Position numbers and translations under genes: made by a program
Notes under the pieces: model-generated
What the model saw: only the letters and a program-made list of their open reading frames with translations
What the model was told of the DNA's origin: nothing
Databases searched by the model: none
Part shown: piece by piece, positions 7,842-21,718 of the stretch
Layout: every line of letters begins with the position of its first letter
Numbering within the stretch: the first letter of the stretch is position 1
NCBI RefSeq assembly: GCF_050320075.1
Contig: NZ_CP190018.1
Source: Escherichia coli
GTDB lineage: Bacteria > Pseudomonadota > Gammaproteobacteria > Enterobacterales > Enterobacteriaceae
Length of the DNA stretch: 64,000 bases
Strand: one strand, 5' to 3'

Positions 7842-8404
7842 AATGCGTTGAGGATCTCTTCCACACTGCGCACACGGGCGATGCGTGGGTAGATATGGTT
7901 GATGCTGTTATTGTGCTGCTCGGCGCTGGCGGCGCTGCAGGCGTCTTCGGCAATCACCAGATTAAAACCGAGTTCCCAGGCATTGCGGGCGGTGGATTCA
8001 ACACCGATATTGGTCGAGATCCCACATAATACTATTGTATCGATACCCCGGCGGCGTAATTGCAACTCCAGATCTGTACCGTAAAACGCCCCCCACTGAC
8101 GTTTGATGATTTCGATATCACTGTCAGTTGCACCTAATGCAGCAGGATGTTGCCACCAGTTTTCGGGCAACACTTTAGCGGGGGAAGGGGCATCAACCGG
8201 CTGTTTTAATGCTTCGGCGTAATCGGCAGACCAGCCAACGCGCACCAGAAACACGGGCTGACCGCTGGCGCGAAATTTCACCGCCAGCTTCCCGGCGCGA
8301 TTAACCACCTCATCGGCAGTATGTGGACCTCCGGCAAAAGGTAAGATGCCTTCTTGTAAATCAATCACCACCAGCGCGGTGGTTTTAGCATTAAGTTCAA
8401 GCAT
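7838..8404 (-). CDS. yecD: isochorismatase-family hydrolase YecD
   Basis: [23 protein letters not shown]...; ORF-track ORF trimmed to the internal Met that gives a 188-aa product. Confidence 0.85.
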   Translation of the reverse strand: MLELNAKTTALVVIDLQEGILPFAGGPHTADEVVNRAGKLAVKFRASGQPVFLVRVGWSADYAEALKQPVDAPSPAKVLPENWWQHPAALGATDSDIEIIKRQWGAFYGTDLELQLRRRGIDTIVLCGISTNIGVESTARNAWELGFNLVIAEDACSAASAEQHNNSINHIYPRIARVRSVEEILNAL

Positions 8405-8713
8405 GATGACTCCTGACAAAACAAAATCGTGCCTCTCACCTTAATGCGATTAGCCGATGGCGGAACGACAAATTTTGTTAATTTTTATGAGTTCGGGCAA
8501 CACCTTTATAGCAAACTGGCGTAGAGTCTGATTTCAGGCCCGATATAAAGTGGTAACGAGGCGTTCCAGCGCGGGCCAGACTCTTACGGTGCGGCAGAAT
8601 TTCCAGTATAATAGCCGCCTTTTTTCATTCAGTTGTGACATACAGCTAACGCTGCGACTTGGTCACCTGCGCAGCAGGGGGCATCCGCCGGCAGCTAAGT
8701 TAAGGGATATCTC

Positions 8714-10486
8714 ATGCGTACAGAATATTGTGGACAGCTCCGTTTGTCCCACGTGGGGCAGCAGGTGACTCTGTGTGGTTGGGTCAACCGTCGTCGTGAT
8801 CTTGGTAGCCTGATCTTCATCGATATGCGCGACCGCGAAGGTATCGTGCAGGTATTTTTCGATCCGGATCGTGCGGACGCGTTAAAGCTGGCCTCTGAAC
8901 TGCGTAATGAGTTCTGCATTCAGGTCACGGGCACCGTACGTGCGCGTGACGAAAAAAATATTAACCGCGATATGGCGACTGGCGAAATCGAAGTACTGGC
9001 GTCCTCGCTGACTATCATCAACCGTGCAGATGTTCTGCCGCTTGACTCTAACCACGTCAACACCGAAGAAGCGCGTCTGAAATACCGCTACCTCGACCTG
9101 CGTCGCCCGGAAATGGCTCAGCGCCTGAAAACCCGCGCTAAAATCACCAGCCTGGTGCGCCGTTTTATGGATGACCACGGCTTCCTCGACATCGAAACTC
9201 CGATGCTGACCAAAGCCACGCCGGAAGGCGCGCGTGACTACCTGGTGCCTTCTCGTGTGCACAAAGGTAAATTCTACGCACTGCCGCAATCCCCACAGTT
9301 GTTCAAACAGCTGCTGATGATGTCCGGCTTTGACCGTTACTATCAGATCGTTAAATGCTTCCGTGACGAAGACCTGCGCGCTGATCGTCAGCCTGAATTT
9401 ACTCAGATCGATGTGGAAACTTCTTTCATGACCGCGCCGCAAGTGCGTGAAGTGATGGAAGCGCTGGTGCGTCATCTGTGGCTGGAAGTGAAGGGCGTGG
9501 ATCTGGGCGATTTCCCGATAATGACCTTTGCGGAAGCAGAACGCCGTTATGGTTCTGATAAACCGGATCTGCGTAACCCGATGGAACTGACTGACGTTGC
9601 CGATCTGCTGAAATCTGTTGAATTTGCAGTATTTGCAGGTCCGGCGAACAATCCGAAAGGGCGCGTTGCCGCTCTGCGTGTTCCGGGTGGCGCATCGCTG
9701 ACCCGTAAGCAGATCGACGAATACGGTAACTTCGTTAAAATCTACGGCGCGAAAGGTCTGGCTTACATCAAAGTTAACGAACGCGCGAAAGGTCTGGAAG
9801 GTATCAACAGCCCGGTAGCGAAGTTCCTTAATGCAGAAATCATCGAAGCCATCCTGGATCGTACTGCCGCGCAAGATGGCGATATGATTTTCTTCGGTGC
9901 CGACAACAAGAAAATTGTTGCCGACGCGATGGGCGCACTGCGCCTGAAAGTGGGTAAAGACCTTGGTCTGACCGACGAAAGCAAATGGGCACCGCTGTGG
10001 GTTATCGATTTCCCGATGTTTGAAGACGACGGTGAAGGCGGCCTGACGGCAATGCACCATCCGTTCACCTCACCGAAAGACATGACTGCTGCAGAACTGA
10101 AAGCTGCACCAGAAAATGCGGTGGCGAACGCTTACGATATGGTCATCAATGGTTACGAAGTGGGCGGTGGTTCTGTGCGTATCCATAATGGTGATATGCA
10201 GCAGACGGTGTTTGGTATTCTGGGTATCAACGAAGAGGAACAGCGCGAGAAATTCGGCTTCCTGCTCGACGCCCTGAAATACGGTACTCCGCCGCACGCA
10301 GGTCTGGCATTCGGTCTTGACCGTCTGACGATGCTGCTGACCGGCACCGACAATATCCGTGACGTTATCGCCTTCCCGAAAACCACGGCGGCGGCGTGTC
10401 TGATGACTGAAGCACCGAGCTTTGCTAACCCGACTGCACTGGCTGAGCTGAGCATTCAGGTTGTGAAGAAGGCAGAGAATAACTGA
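8714..10486 (+). CDS. aspS: aspartate--tRNA ligase
   Basis: 590-aa ORF with class II aminoacyl-tRNA synthetase motifs ([28 protein letters not shown]). Confidence 0.95.
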   Translation: MRTEYCGQLRLSHVGQQVTLCGWVNRRRDLGSLIFIDMRDREGIVQVFFDPDRADALKLASELRNEFCIQVTGTVRARDEKNINRDMATGEIEVLASSLTIINRADVLPLDSNHVNTEEARLKYRYLDLRRPEMAQRLKTRAKITSLVRRFMDDHGFLDIETPMLTKATPEGARDYLVPSRVHKGKFYALPQSPQLFKQLLMMSGFDRYYQIVKCFRDEDLRADRQPEFTQIDVETSFMTAPQVREVMEALVRHLWLEVKGVDLGDFPIMTFAEAERRYGSDKPDLRNPMELTDVADLLKSVEFAVFAGPANNPKGRVAALRVPGGASLTRKQIDEYGNFVKIYGAKGLAYIKVNERAKGLEGINSPVAKFLNAEIIEAILDRTAAQDGDMIFFGADNKKIVADAMGALRLKVGKDLGLTDESKWAPLWVIDFPMFEDDGEGGLTAMHHPFTSPKDMTAAELKAAPENAVANAYDMVINGYEVGGGSVRIHNGDMQQTVFGILGINEEEQREKFGFLLDALKYGTPPHAGLAFGLDRLTMLLTGTDNIRDVIAFPKTTAAACLMTEAPSFANPTALAELSIQVVKKAENN

Positions 10487-10603
10487 TATGACTCAAATAC
10501 ACGAAATCATTCGCGTTGCATCGAGGCGGCAACTGAGTGAACTCCCATGAGCATAGATAACTATGTGAATGGGATGAGCGAAGGCAGTCAACGAAGAGGC
10601 AGC

Positions 10604-11056
10604 GTGAAGGATAAAGTGTATAAGCGTCCCGTTTCGATCTTAGTGGTCATCTATGCGCAAGATACGAAACGGGTGCTGATGTTGCAGCGGCGTGACGATC
10701 CCGATTTCTGGCAGTCGGTAACCGGCAGCGTGGAAGAGGGTGAAACCGCGCCGCAAGCTGCCATGCGCGAAGTAAAGGAAGAGGTCACCATCGATGTTGT
10801 CGCTGAACAACTGACCTTAATTGACTGTCAGCGCACGGTAGAATTTGAAATTTTTTCACATTTACGTCATCGCTATGCGCCGGGCGTGACGCGTAATACG
10901 GAATCATGGTTCTGTCTTGCGCTCCCGCACGAACGCCAGGTCGTCTTCACTGAACATCTGGCCTACAAGTGGCTTGATGCGCCTGCTGCGGCGGCGCTCA
11001 CTAAGTCCTGGAGCAACCGGCAGGCGATTGAACAGTTTGTAATTAACGCTGCCTGA
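10604..11056 (+). CDS. nudB: dihydroneopterin triphosphate diphosphatase (Nudix hydrolase)
   Basis: Nudix box [21 protein letters not shown]; GTG start chosen to give the 150-aa product. Confidence 0.85.
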
Positions 11057-11084
11057 ACAGGCAGGGCTATCTGGAGATATTTTT

Positions 11085-11825
11085 ATGGCAGGTCATAGTA
11101 AATGGGCCAACACCAGACATCGTAAAGCTGCGCAGGATGCTAAGCGCGGTAAAATCTTCACTAAAATCATTCGTGAGCTGGTAACCGCGGCTAAGCTGGG
11201 CGGTGGTGACCCGGACGCTAACCCGCGTCTGCGTGCAGCAATTGATAAAGCATTGTCTAACAACATGACCCGTGACACTCTGAACCGCGCAATTGCACGT
11301 GGTGTGGGCGGTGATGATGATGCAAACATGGAAACCATCATCTACGAAGGTTACGGTCCTGGCGGCACGGCAATCATGATTGAATGTCTGTCTGACAACC
11401 GCAACCGTACCGTTGCTGAAGTGCGTCATGCATTCAGCAAATGTGGTGGTAACCTCGGTACTGATGGTTCCGTAGCCTATCTGTTCAGCAAAAAAGGCGT
11501 GATCTCCTTCGAGAAAGGCGATGAAGACACCATCATGGAAGCAGCTCTGGAAGCGGGTGCTGAAGACGTTGTGACCTATGATGACGGCGCGATTGACGTC
11601 TACACTGCATGGGAAGAAATGGGTAAAGTACGCGACGCTCTGGAAGCGGCAGGTCTGAAAGCAGACAGCGCGGAAGTTTCCATGATCCCGTCCACCAAAG
11701 CTGATATGGATGCTGAAACCGCACCGAAACTGATGCGTCTGATCGATATGCTGGAAGATTGCGACGACGTGCAGGAAGTCTACCATAACGGTGAAATCTC
11801 CGATGAGGTTGCAGCGACTCTCTGA
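11085..11825 (+). CDS. yebC: YebC/PmpR-family transcriptional regulator
   Basis: [27 protein letters not shown], the YebC-family signature. Confidence 0.9.
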
Positions 11826-11859
11826 TGGGGCCTGCTAAACAGCAAAACGGAGACGCGTG

Positions 11860-12381
11860 ATGGCTATTATTCTCGGCATTGACCCGGGTTCGCGCGTGAC
11901 CGGCTATGGCGTCATCCGCCAGGTAGGCAGGCAACTCTCCTACCTGGGTAGCGGATGCATACGCACCAAAGTGGATGATTTACCGTCTCGTCTGAAGCTC
12001 ATCTATGCGGGCGTGACGGAAATCATCACCCAGTTCGAGCCTGATTATTTCGCCATTGAACAAGTCTTTATGGCGAAGAACGCTGACTCAGCCCTGAAAC
12101 TGGGTCAGGCGCGCGGCGTGGCGATTGTGGCGGCGGTGAATCAGGAATTGCCGGTATTTGAATATGCGGCACGTCAGGTAAAGCAAACGGTGGTAGGTAT
12201 TGGTAGTGCTGAAAAAAGCCAGGTGCAGCATATGGTCCGCACCTTGCTGAAACTGCCCGCTAATCCACAGGCGGATGCTGCCGATGCATTAGCTATCGCG
12301 ATTACCCATTGTCACGTCAGTCAGAATGCGATGCAGATGAGCGAATCGCGGCTGAACCTGGCGAGAGGGCGACTGCGTTAA
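11860..12381 (+). CDS. ruvC: crossover junction endodeoxyribonuclease RuvC
   Basis: [18 protein letters not shown]; conserved position upstream of ruvAB. Confidence 0.9.
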   Translation: MAIILGIDPGSRVTGYGVIRQVGRQLSYLGSGCIRTKVDDLPSRLKLIYAGVTEIITQFEPDYFAIEQVFMAKNADSALKLGQARGVAIVAAVNQELPVFEYAARQVKQTVVGIGSAEKSQVQHMVRTLLKLPANPQADAADALAIAITHCHVSQNAMQMSESRLNLARGRLR

Positions 12382-12382
12382 G

Positions 12383-12985
12383 TTATACCGCCTCGGTCAG
12401 TTCCGGCTGAGGCGTTTCCACTCCCTCCGCATGAATCAACACCAAACCCGGATGATGCCACAAACTGGCTGGCGTGACGGTTTTACGCTCCCACGGAATA
12501 GAACCCAGGAACCAGAATTTCCAGAAAGTGAGTTTTGCATTCGGATTGCTATTTAACAATTCTCCAAACGTCTCTATTTCACCCACCGGAATACATAGCG
12601 CCTCTTTATAAATATCAAAAACAAATTTTGAACAGAACTGGCGCGAAGATTCGTATTTAAAACCGGTGTGGTAAAGTTTGCGTAGCCGGGAGGGAACCTG
12701 TTCAACAATTCGTTGTTTTTGTTGTTCTGTCAGCCCAGCGTCTAATCGCTTTATAGCATAGCGTTGATTAGACGAACGTTTAATAAAACGAGATAGCGTG
12801 GTGATGGTTGAAAGGGGAACCCGGCTTTCTGCAACCAGGAAGTCTTCACCGTTATGACCGATAATGATCCCGACGTGATTACTCCAGCAATTTGATGCAG
12901 CTGATATTTGACCAAATAAGGCAGCACCTATACATGTAAAGACGATATCTCCAATTTCATATTCAGCAGGGTAATTAATATTCAC
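12383..12985 (-). CDS. yebB: DUF830-family protein YebB
   Basis: ORF-track ORF trimmed to a GTG start ([16 protein letters not shown]...) that gives about 200 aa; start assignment is uncertain. Confidence 0.7.
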   Translation of the reverse strand: MNINYPAEYEIGDIVFTCIGAALFGQISAASNCWSNHVGIIIGHNGEDFLVAESRVPLSTITTLSRFIKRSSNQRYAIKRLDAGLTEQQKQRIVEQVPSRLRKLYHTGFKYESSRQFCSKFVFDIYKEALCIPVGEIETFGELLNSNPNAKLTFWKFWFLGSIPWERKTVTPASLWHHPGLVLIHAEGVETPQPELTEAV

Positions 12986-13259
12986 GTTGTCATTCCATTG
13001 AAATAGATACGAATATACGTAATAGCATAAAAAATTTATTTTTTCAGGAGGCGCAATGTATATTTTTATTACGCATTTCTTCACTGAATATGTAATATTA
13101 AAATATTTGCTTCCAATATAACCTGTAGAACAAATTATACTGTGCCATTTTTCAGATCATCGGGACACCTCGCAAGTTTTCTTCATCCTTCGCTGGATAT
13201 CTATCCAGCATTTTTTTATCATACAGCATTATCTTTGATTCATTACGCAGGAGCGTCAT

Positions 13260-13871
13260 GTGATAGGCAGACTCAGAGGCATCATCATTGAAAAACAACC
13301 CCCGCTGGTGTTAATTGAAGTGGGCGGCGTAGGCTATGAAGTGCATATGCCGATGACCTGTTTTTATGAACTCCCTGAAGCGGGTCAGGAAGCGATCGTT
13401 TTCACCCACTTTGTGGTGCGTGAAGACGCGCAACTGCTGTACGGTTTTAACAATAAACAAGAGCGCACATTGTTCAAAGAGTTGATCAAAACCAACGGCG
13501 TCGGCCCGAAGTTAGCGCTGGCGATCCTCTCCGGAATGTCAGCGCAGCAGTTCGTTAATGCCGTTGAGCGTGAAGAAGTGGGGGCACTGGTGAAACTGCC
13601 GGGTATTGGCAAAAAAACCGCCGAACGCTTGATTGTTGAAATGAAAGACCGATTTAAAGGTTTGCATGGCGATCTCTTTACGCCAGCCGCCGACCTGGTA
13701 CTCACGTCTCCTGCCAGCCCGGCGACCGACGATGCTGAACAAGAAGCGGTTGCCGCGCTGGTGGCGCTGGGCTATAAACCACAAGAAGCAAGCCGCATGG
13801 TGAGCAAAATCGCTCGCCCTGACGCCAGCAGTGAAACATTAATTCGCGAAGCCCTACGCGCCGCGTTATGA
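13260..13871 (+). CDS. ruvA: Holliday junction branch-migration complex subunit RuvA
   Basis: [28 protein letters not shown]. Confidence 0.95.
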   Translation: MIGRLRGIIIEKQPPLVLIEVGGVGYEVHMPMTCFYELPEAGQEAIVFTHFVVREDAQLLYGFNNKQERTLFKELIKTNGVGPKLALAILSGMSAQQFVNAVEREEVGALVKLPGIGKKTAERLIVEMKDRFKGLHGDLFTPAADLVLTSPASPATDDAEQEAVAALVALGYKPQEASRMVSKIARPDASSETLIREALRAAL

Positions 13872-13876
13872 GGTAA

Positions 13877-14890
<1,014 letters not shown>

Positions 14891-15020
14891 GTCGGATCGG
14901 TCGCTCGCGGCGCATCCGACACTGGCAGTGTTGCCTGATGCGCCGCTATTCGCGTCTTATCAGGCATATACCAGAGATAGCGAACCACAGGTCGGATAAG
15001 GCGCTCGCGCCGCATCCGAC
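14891..15020. repeat. REP/BIME cluster (three palindromic REP units)
   Basis: GTCGGATCGG...CGCATCCGAC, GCCTGATGCG...CTTATCAGGC and GTCGGATAAGG...CGCATCCGAC units between ruvB and znuB. Confidence 0.7.
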
Positions 15021-15039
15021 AAATGTGTTCAGCGAAAGA

Positions 15040-15825
15040 TTAGCTGGCCTGTTTTTTCATCATACTGAGAATAAATAACAGTGCCGCGCATAGCACCACC
15101 GACGGGCCTGCTGGTGTATCGTAAAATGCGGAAAAGGTTAAACCGCCAGTCACTGCCACCATCCCCACCAAAACAGCGACACCTGCCATCTGTTCCGGCG
15201 TGCGGGCAAAGCGACGTGCAGTAGCAGCAGGAATAATTAGCAACGAAGTAATAATCAACGCGCCGACAAATTTCATCGCTACACCAATCGTCAATGCCGT
15301 CACCAGCATCAACAACAATTTCACGCGCTGTAATTTCACACCATCAACAAACGCCAGATCCGGGCTAATCGTCATCGACAGCAAATTGCGCCATTGCCAG
15401 AACAAAATCGCCACCACGATGACCACGCCAATTGCAATAGAGATGAGATCTTCTGGCGTCACTGCCAGCAAATCACCGAACAGGTAAGCCATCAAATCAA
15501 CACGAATATTAGACATCAGACTAACGACCACCAGGCCCAGCGACAGGGCACTGTGCGCCATTATCCCTAATAACGTGTCGATCGCCAGCTGTGGACGCTT
15601 CTCCAGCCATACCAGACCGCCCGCCAGCAGCAGCGTAACTGCAATCACCGCATAGAATGGATTCACGTCCAGCAACAAACCAAACGCGACACCAAGTAAT
15701 GAGGCATGGGCCAGCGTATCACCGAAATAAGACATACGACGCCAGACCACAAACGAACCCAGCGGACCCGCGGCACAGGCGAGCATGATCCCGGCTAACC
15801 AACCGGGAAATAATAATTCAATCAT
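15040..15825 (-). CDS. znuB: zinc ABC transporter permease
   Basis: 261-aa polytopic membrane protein; conserved position in the znu locus. Confidence 0.9.
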
Positions 15826-16577
15826 GAGCGATCATTTCCCCGACGCAAAACAATTCGTCCCTGTAAATCGTGACGATGATTATGATGATGGCGATAGATA
15901 CCCAGTTGTTCAGCACCACGAGGACCAAACATAGAAATAAACTCCGGATGCAGGGAAACAACTTCCGGTGTACCGGAACAACAAATGTGGTGATTCAGGC
16001 AAAGCACTTCATCGGTTTTTGCCATTACCAGATGCAGATCGTGAGAGACCATTAAAACGCCACAATCCAGTTCGCGACGCAACTGGTCAATAAGGTCATA
16101 TAACGCCACCTGACCATTCACATCCACGCCCTGAGTGGGTTCATCCAGCACTAATAATTGCGGTCGATTTAACAATGCTCGCGCTAACAATACACGCTGT
16201 GTTTCGCCACCCGAGAGCTTTTGCATCGGTGCGTTAATCAGATGCCCGGCCTGGACACGTTTCAGTGCAGGCAAAATATCTTCTTTATGTGTGCCAGGGC
16301 GTAAGCGTAAAAAACGGTTTACGGTAAGTGGCAACGTGGTGTCGAGATACAGCTTCTGCGGTACATAGCCGATGCGCAGTTTTCCGTTGCGCTTGATAAC
16401 CCCTTCATCGGGTGTTACCAGCCCGAGCACTACCCGTACCAGTGTCGACTTACCTGCGCCATTTGGCCCAAGTAAAGTCAAAATTTTTCCAGGTTTAAGT
16501 TCCAGCGACACATCAGAGAGGACGCGGCGTTGGCCAAAAGAAACCGAGACATTTTCCAGGGAAACCAGACTTGTCAT
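15822..16577 (-). CDS. znuC: zinc ABC transporter ATP-binding protein
   Basis: Walker [13 protein letters not shown] signature LSGGETQR, His-rich C-terminus. Confidence 0.9.
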
Positions 16578-16601
16578 GTTAATTTTAGTCTTGCAGTAGT
16601 C

Positions 16602-16624
16602 ATGAAATGTTATAATATCACACT
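16602..16624. promoter_or_regulatory. Zur box in the znuC/znuA divergent promoter
   Basis: Near-palindromic GAAATGTTATAATATCACAC between the divergent znuC and znuA starts, matching the recalled Zur operator. Confidence 0.55.
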
Positions 16625-16655
16625 TCTCATATTCATTACGATGATTGGTCGCATT

Positions 16656-17588
16656 ATGTTACATAAAAAAACGCTTCTTTTCGCAGCATTATCCGCCGCT
16701 CTCTGGGGCGGTGCAACACAGGCCGCAGATGCTGCCGTTGTCGCTTCGCTTAAACCCGTTGGGTTCATCGCTTCTGCCATTGCTGATGGGGTAACAGAAA
16801 CGGAGGTTTTACTACCTGACGGCGCTTCAGAACATGATTATTCACTGCGTCCATCAGATGTAAAACGCTTACAGAACGCGGACTTAGTCGTTTGGGTTGG
16901 CCCGGAGATGGAAGCGTTCATGCAAAAACCGGTAAGTAAATTACCTGAAGCGAAACAGGTAACGATTGCGCAGCTAGAGAATGTGAAACCGCTGCTGATG
17001 AAAAGTATTCACGGCGATGATGATGATCACGACCACGCGGAAAAAAGTGACGAAGATCACCATCACGGCGATTTCAACATGCATCTTTGGCTTTCCCCAG
17101 AGATAGCGCGGGCTACAGCGGTTGCAATCCATGGAAAATTAGTGGAACTTATGCCGCAAAGTCGAGCCAAACTTGACGCCAACCTGAAGGATTTTGAGGC
17201 ACAATTAGCCTCAACCGAAAAGCAGGTTGGTAACGAGCTCGCGCCGCTCAAGGGGAAAGGTTATTTCGTTTTTCACGATGCTTACGGCTATTTCGAAAAA
17301 CAGTTCGGACTGACACCGCTTGGTCATTTTACCGTTAACCCTGAGATTCAACCTGGCGCGCAGCGTTTACATGAAATAAGAACACAGTTGGTTGAGCAAA
17401 AAGCAACCTGCGTTTTTGCTGAGCCACAGTTCAGGCCAGCGGTCGTTGAGAGCGTCGCACGAGGGACATCCGTTCGTATGGGAACGTTGGATCCCCTGGG
17501 GACGAATATCAAACTGGGTAAAACAAGCTATTCAGAATTCCTGAATCAATTAGCCAACCAGTATGCGAGCTGCCTGAAAGGAGATTAA
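16656..17588 (+). CDS. znuA: zinc ABC transporter periplasmic binding protein
   Basis: Signal peptide [23 protein letters not shown] and a His/Asp-rich loop ([21 protein letters not shown]); the ORF-track start at 16530 is an in-frame upstream artefact. Confidence 0.9.
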
Positions 17589-17603
17589 TGAGGAAGTGAT
17601 TAC

Positions 17604-18926
17604 GTGCAACAGATAGCCCGCTCTGTCGCCCTGGCGTTTAATAATTTACCGCGACCACACCGCGTTATGTTGGGGTCGCTCACCGTTCTTACTCTGGCCG
17701 TCGCTGTCTGGCGGCCCTATGTTTATCACCGCGATGCCACGCCAATTGTCAAAACCATTGAGCTGGAACAGAACGAAATTCGTTCGCTCTTACCTGAAGC
17801 CAGTGAGCCGATTGATCAAGCTGCACAAGAAGATGAAGCCATTCCCCAGGATGAACTGGATGACAAAATCGCCGGTGAAGCGGGCGTGCATGAATATGTT
17901 GTTTCCACTGGCGATACGCTAAGCAGCATTCTCAATCAGTATGGTATTGATATGGGTGATATCACCCAACTGGCTGCTGCCGACAAAGAATTGCGTAACC
18001 TGAAAATCGGTCAACAACTCTCCTGGACATTAACCGCGGACGGCGAACTGCAGCGCCTCACCTGGGAAGTGTCTCGTCGTGAAACCCGAACCTATGACCG
18101 TACTGCCGCTAACGGTTTTAAAATGACCAGCGAAATGCAGCAAGGAGAGTGGGTCAACAATCTGCTGAAAGGTACCGTCGGGGGAAGCTTTGTTGCCAGC
18201 GCCAGAAACGCCGGTTTAACCAGCGCCGAAGTGAGCGCAGTGATTAAAGCCATGCAGTGGCAAATGGATTTCCGCAAACTGAAAAAAGGCGATGAATTTG
18301 CGGTGTTAATGTCACGAGAAATGCTTGATGGTAAACGTGAGCAAAGCCAACTGCTGGGCGTACGTTTGCGTTCAGAAGGTAAAGATTATTACGCAATCCG
18401 CGCTGAAGATGGCAAATTCTATGATCGTAACGGTACTGGTCTGGCGAAAGGATTCTTGCGATTCCCGACGGCGAAACAGTTCCGTATCTCGTCTAACTTT
18501 AACCCGCGTCGTACTAATCCGGTGACTGGTCGTGTTGCGCCACACAGAGGTGTTGATTTCGCCATGCCACAGGGTACGCCGGTGCTTTCAGTGGGTGACG
18601 GTGAAGTGGTGGTTGCCAAACGCAGTGGCGCAGCAGGTTATTATGTGGCTATTCGTCATGGTCGCAGCTACACCACGCGTTATATGCACTTGCGCAAGAT
18701 TCTGGTGAAACCGGGACAGAAGGTGAAACGTGGCGACCGTATCGCGCTTTCCGGTAATACCGGACGTTCAACCGGGCCGCATCTGCACTATGAAGTATGG
18801 ATAAACCAGCAGGCCGTAAACCCGCTGACGGCAAAACTGCCGCGTACCGAAGGGCTGACCGGCTCCGATCGTCGCGAATTCCTGGCGCAGGCCAAAGAGA
18901 TTGTGCCGCAGCTACGGTTTGATTAA
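17604..18926 (+). CDS. mepM: murein DD-endopeptidase MepM (M23 peptidase with LysM domain)
   Basis: 440-aa ORF with a LysM segment and M23 motifs ([15 protein letters not shown]). Confidence 0.9.
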
Positions 18927-18943
18927 TTAACATCCATTCGCAG

Positions 18944-18974
18944 CCGGTACGCAGTCAGTACCGGCTTTTTTTAT
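18944..18974 (+). terminator. rho-independent terminator after mepM
   Basis: GCCGGTAC-GCAGTCA-GTACCGGC followed by TTTTTTT. Confidence 0.6.
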
Positions 18975-19045
18975 TTGGTGCGGGGCAAGTTGCGCCGCTA
19001 CACTATCACCAGATTGATTTTTGCCTTATCCGAAACTGGAAAAGC

Positions 19046-20017
19046 ATGGAAACGAAAAAAAATAATAGCGAATACATTCCTGAGTTTGATAAATCCTTTC
19101 GCCACCCGCGCTACTGGGGAGCATGGCTGGGCGTAGCAGCGATGGCGGGTATTGCTTTAACGCCGCCAAAGTTTCGCGACCCCATTCTGGCACGGCTGGG
19201 ACGTTTTGCCGGACGCCTGGGAAAAAGCTCACGCCGTCGTGCGTTAATCAATTTGTCGCTCTGCTTTCCAGAACGTAGTGAAGCTGAACGCGAAGCGATT
19301 GTTGATGAGATGTTTGCCACCGCGCCGCAAGCGATGGCAATGATGGCTGAGTTGGCAATACGCGGGCCGGAGAAAATTCAGCCGCGCGTTGACTGGCAAG
19401 GGCTGGAGATTATCGAAGAGATGCGACGTAATAACGAGAAAGTGATCTTTCTGGTGCCGCACGGTTGGGCCGTCGATATTCCTGCCATGCTGATGGCCTC
19501 GCAAGGGCAGAAAATGGCAGCGATGTTCCATAATCAGGGCAACCCGGTTTTTGATTATGTCTGGAACACGGTGCGTCGTCGTTTTGGCGGTCGTCTGCAT
19601 GCGAGAAATGATGGTATTAAACCATTCATCCAGTCGGTACGTCAGGGGTACTGGGGATATTATTTACCCGATCAGGATCATGGCCCAGAGCACAGCGAAT
19701 TTGTTGATTTCTTTGCCACCTATAAAGCGACGTTGCCCGCGATTGGTCGTTTGATGAAAGTGTGCCGTGCGCACGTTGTACCGCTGTTTCCGATTTATGA
19801 TGGCAAGACGCATCGCCTGACGATTCAGGTGCGCCCACCGATGGATGATCTGTTAGAGGCAGATGACCATACGATTGCGCGGCGGATGAATGAAGAAGTC
19901 GAGATTTTTGTTGGTCCGCGACCAGAACAATACACCTGGATATTAAAATTGCTGAAAACTCGCAAGCCGGGCGAAATCCAACCGTATAAGCGCAAAGATC
20001 TTTATCCCATCAAATAA
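19046..20017 (+). CDS. lpxM: lipid A myristoyltransferase LpxM
   Basis: [27 protein letters not shown], LpxL/LpxM acyltransferase family. Confidence 0.9.
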   Translation: METKKNNSEYIPEFDKSFRHPRYWGAWLGVAAMAGIALTPPKFRDPILARLGRFAGRLGKSSRRRALINLSLCFPERSEAEREAIVDEMFATAPQAMAMMAELAIRGPEKIQPRVDWQGLEIIEEMRRNNEKVIFLVPHGWAVDIPAMLMASQGQKMAAMFHNQGNPVFDYVWNTVRRRFGGRLHARNDGIKPFIQSVRQGYWGYYLPDQDHGPEHSEFVDFFATYKATLPAIGRLMKVCRAHVVPLFPIYDGKTHRLTIQVRPPMDDLLEADDHTIARRMNEEVEIFVGPRPEQYTWILKLLKTRKPGEIQPYKRKDLYPIK

Positions 20018-20111
20018 AAAAAGCCTCTCGCGAGGAGAGGCCTCCGCCTTGTGATAAGTTCAAGTTTGCTTCAGAAGATTCGAAATCTGTTGAACTATAA
20101 TTGAACTGTAG

Positions 20112-20141
20112 GCCGGATGAGGCGTTTTCGCCGCATCCGGC
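20112..20141. repeat. REP element
   Basis: GCCGGATGAGGCGTTTTCGCCGCATCCGGC palindrome between lpxM and pykA. Confidence 0.6.
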
Positions 20142-20148
20142 AACGTAC

Positions 20149-21591
20149 TTACTCTACCGTTAAAATACGCGTGGTATTAGTAGAACCCACGGTACTCATC
20201 ACGTCGCCCTGGGTGACAATCACCAGGTCACCAGACATCAAGTAACCTTTATCGCGCAGCAGATTAACCGCTTCGCTGGCAGCTGCTACGCCGTCATTAG
20301 CGCTATCAAAGTGCACCGGCGTAACGCCGCGATAGAGAGCAGTCAGGTTCAGCGTACGTTCATGGCGTGACATGGCGAAAATTGGCAGACCAGAGCTGAT
20401 ACGGGAGGTCATCAGCGCCGTACGACCCGATTCGGTCATGGTGATGATCGCCGTAACGCCTTTCAGGTGGTTAGCCGCGTACATTGCTGACATGGCAATA
20501 GCTTCTTCCACATTGTCGAACTGCACGTCCAGACGGTGTTTAGAAACGTTGATGCTCGGGATTTTTTCCGCACCCAGGCAAACGCGCGCCATGGCTGCAA
20601 CAGTTTCTGAAGGATACTGACCAGCAGCAGTTTCTGCAGAAAGCATCACAGCGTCAGTACCATCCAGAACGGCGTTTGCTACGTCCATGACTTCTGCACG
20701 CGTCGGCATCGGGTTAGTAATCATTGACTCCATCATCTGGGTCGCCGTGATTACTGCGCGGTTAAGCTGACGCGCACGACGGATCAACGCTTTCTGAATG
20801 CCGACCAGTTCCGGGTCGCCAATTTCCACACCGAGGTCGCCACGTGCAACCATTACCACGTCAGAGGCGAGGATGATGTCATCCATTGCATCCTGGCTGC
20901 AAACGGCTTCCGCACGTTCAACCTTGGCAACAATTTTCGCATCACAGCCTGCATCGCGTGCCAGGCGACGGGCATAGTTCAGATCTTCGCCGCAGCGTGG
21001 GAAGGAGACAGCCAGGTAATCTACGCCAATTAACGCCGCAGTCTTAATGTCTGCTTTGTCTTTTTCGGTCAGCGCTTCAGCCGACAAACCGCCGCCAAGT
21101 TTGTTGATACCTTTATTGTTGGAGAGGGGACCACCGACGGTGACTTCGGTGAACACTTTCATGCCCTGAACTTCCAGTACTTTTAACTGGACGCGACCAT
21201 CGTCCAGCAGCAGGATGTCACCAGGCACGACGTCAGCAGGCAGGCCTTTGTAGTCGATACCGACTTTTTCTTTGTCGCCTTCACCTTTACCCAGGTTGGC
21301 GTCGAGCAGGAATTTATCCCCAATATTGAGGAAAACTTTGCCTTCTTTAAAGGTGGATACACGAATTTTGGGCCCCTGGAGGTCACCCAGAATAGCCACA
21401 TGACGCCCCAGTTTTGCGGCAATTTCACGAACTTTATCCGCGCGCATTTTGTGATCTTCAGGCGAGCCGTGAGAAAAGTTCATACGTACAACGTTGGCAC
21501 CCGCTGCGATAACTTTTTCAAGATTATTATCGCGATCTGTTGCTGGGCCTAACGTGGTAACGATTTTTGTTCTGCGAAGCCTTCTGGACAT
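20149..21591 (-). CDS. pykA: pyruvate kinase II
   Basis: [19 protein letters not shown]...; ORF-track ORF trimmed to the 480-aa start. Confidence 0.9.
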
Positions 21592-21718
21592 GTAATACTC
21601 CGTTGACTGAAACAACCAGGTGTTGCTTGAACATGAAATCCGAATGAAATAACGCCGCGATGGCTATAAATTAATCTCATTCGGATGTCGTATAAGATTA
21701 GGACAGTGACAGTCGTTT

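Noticed and set aside
8882-10060. 392-aa ORF antisense to aspS
   Set aside because: Lies entirely inside the well-supported aspS coding region on the opposite strand; long antisense open frames are common in GC-rich genes and it has no RBS or recognisable motif.
11067-11786. 239-aa ORF antisense to yebC
   Set aside because: Fully overlaps yebC on the opposite strand; Cys/His-rich low-complexity translation typical of an antisense frame.
16530-16655. N-terminal 42-codon extension of znuA in the ORF track
   Set aside because: The extension would cover the Zur operator and promoter; the signal peptide begins at the Met at 16656.
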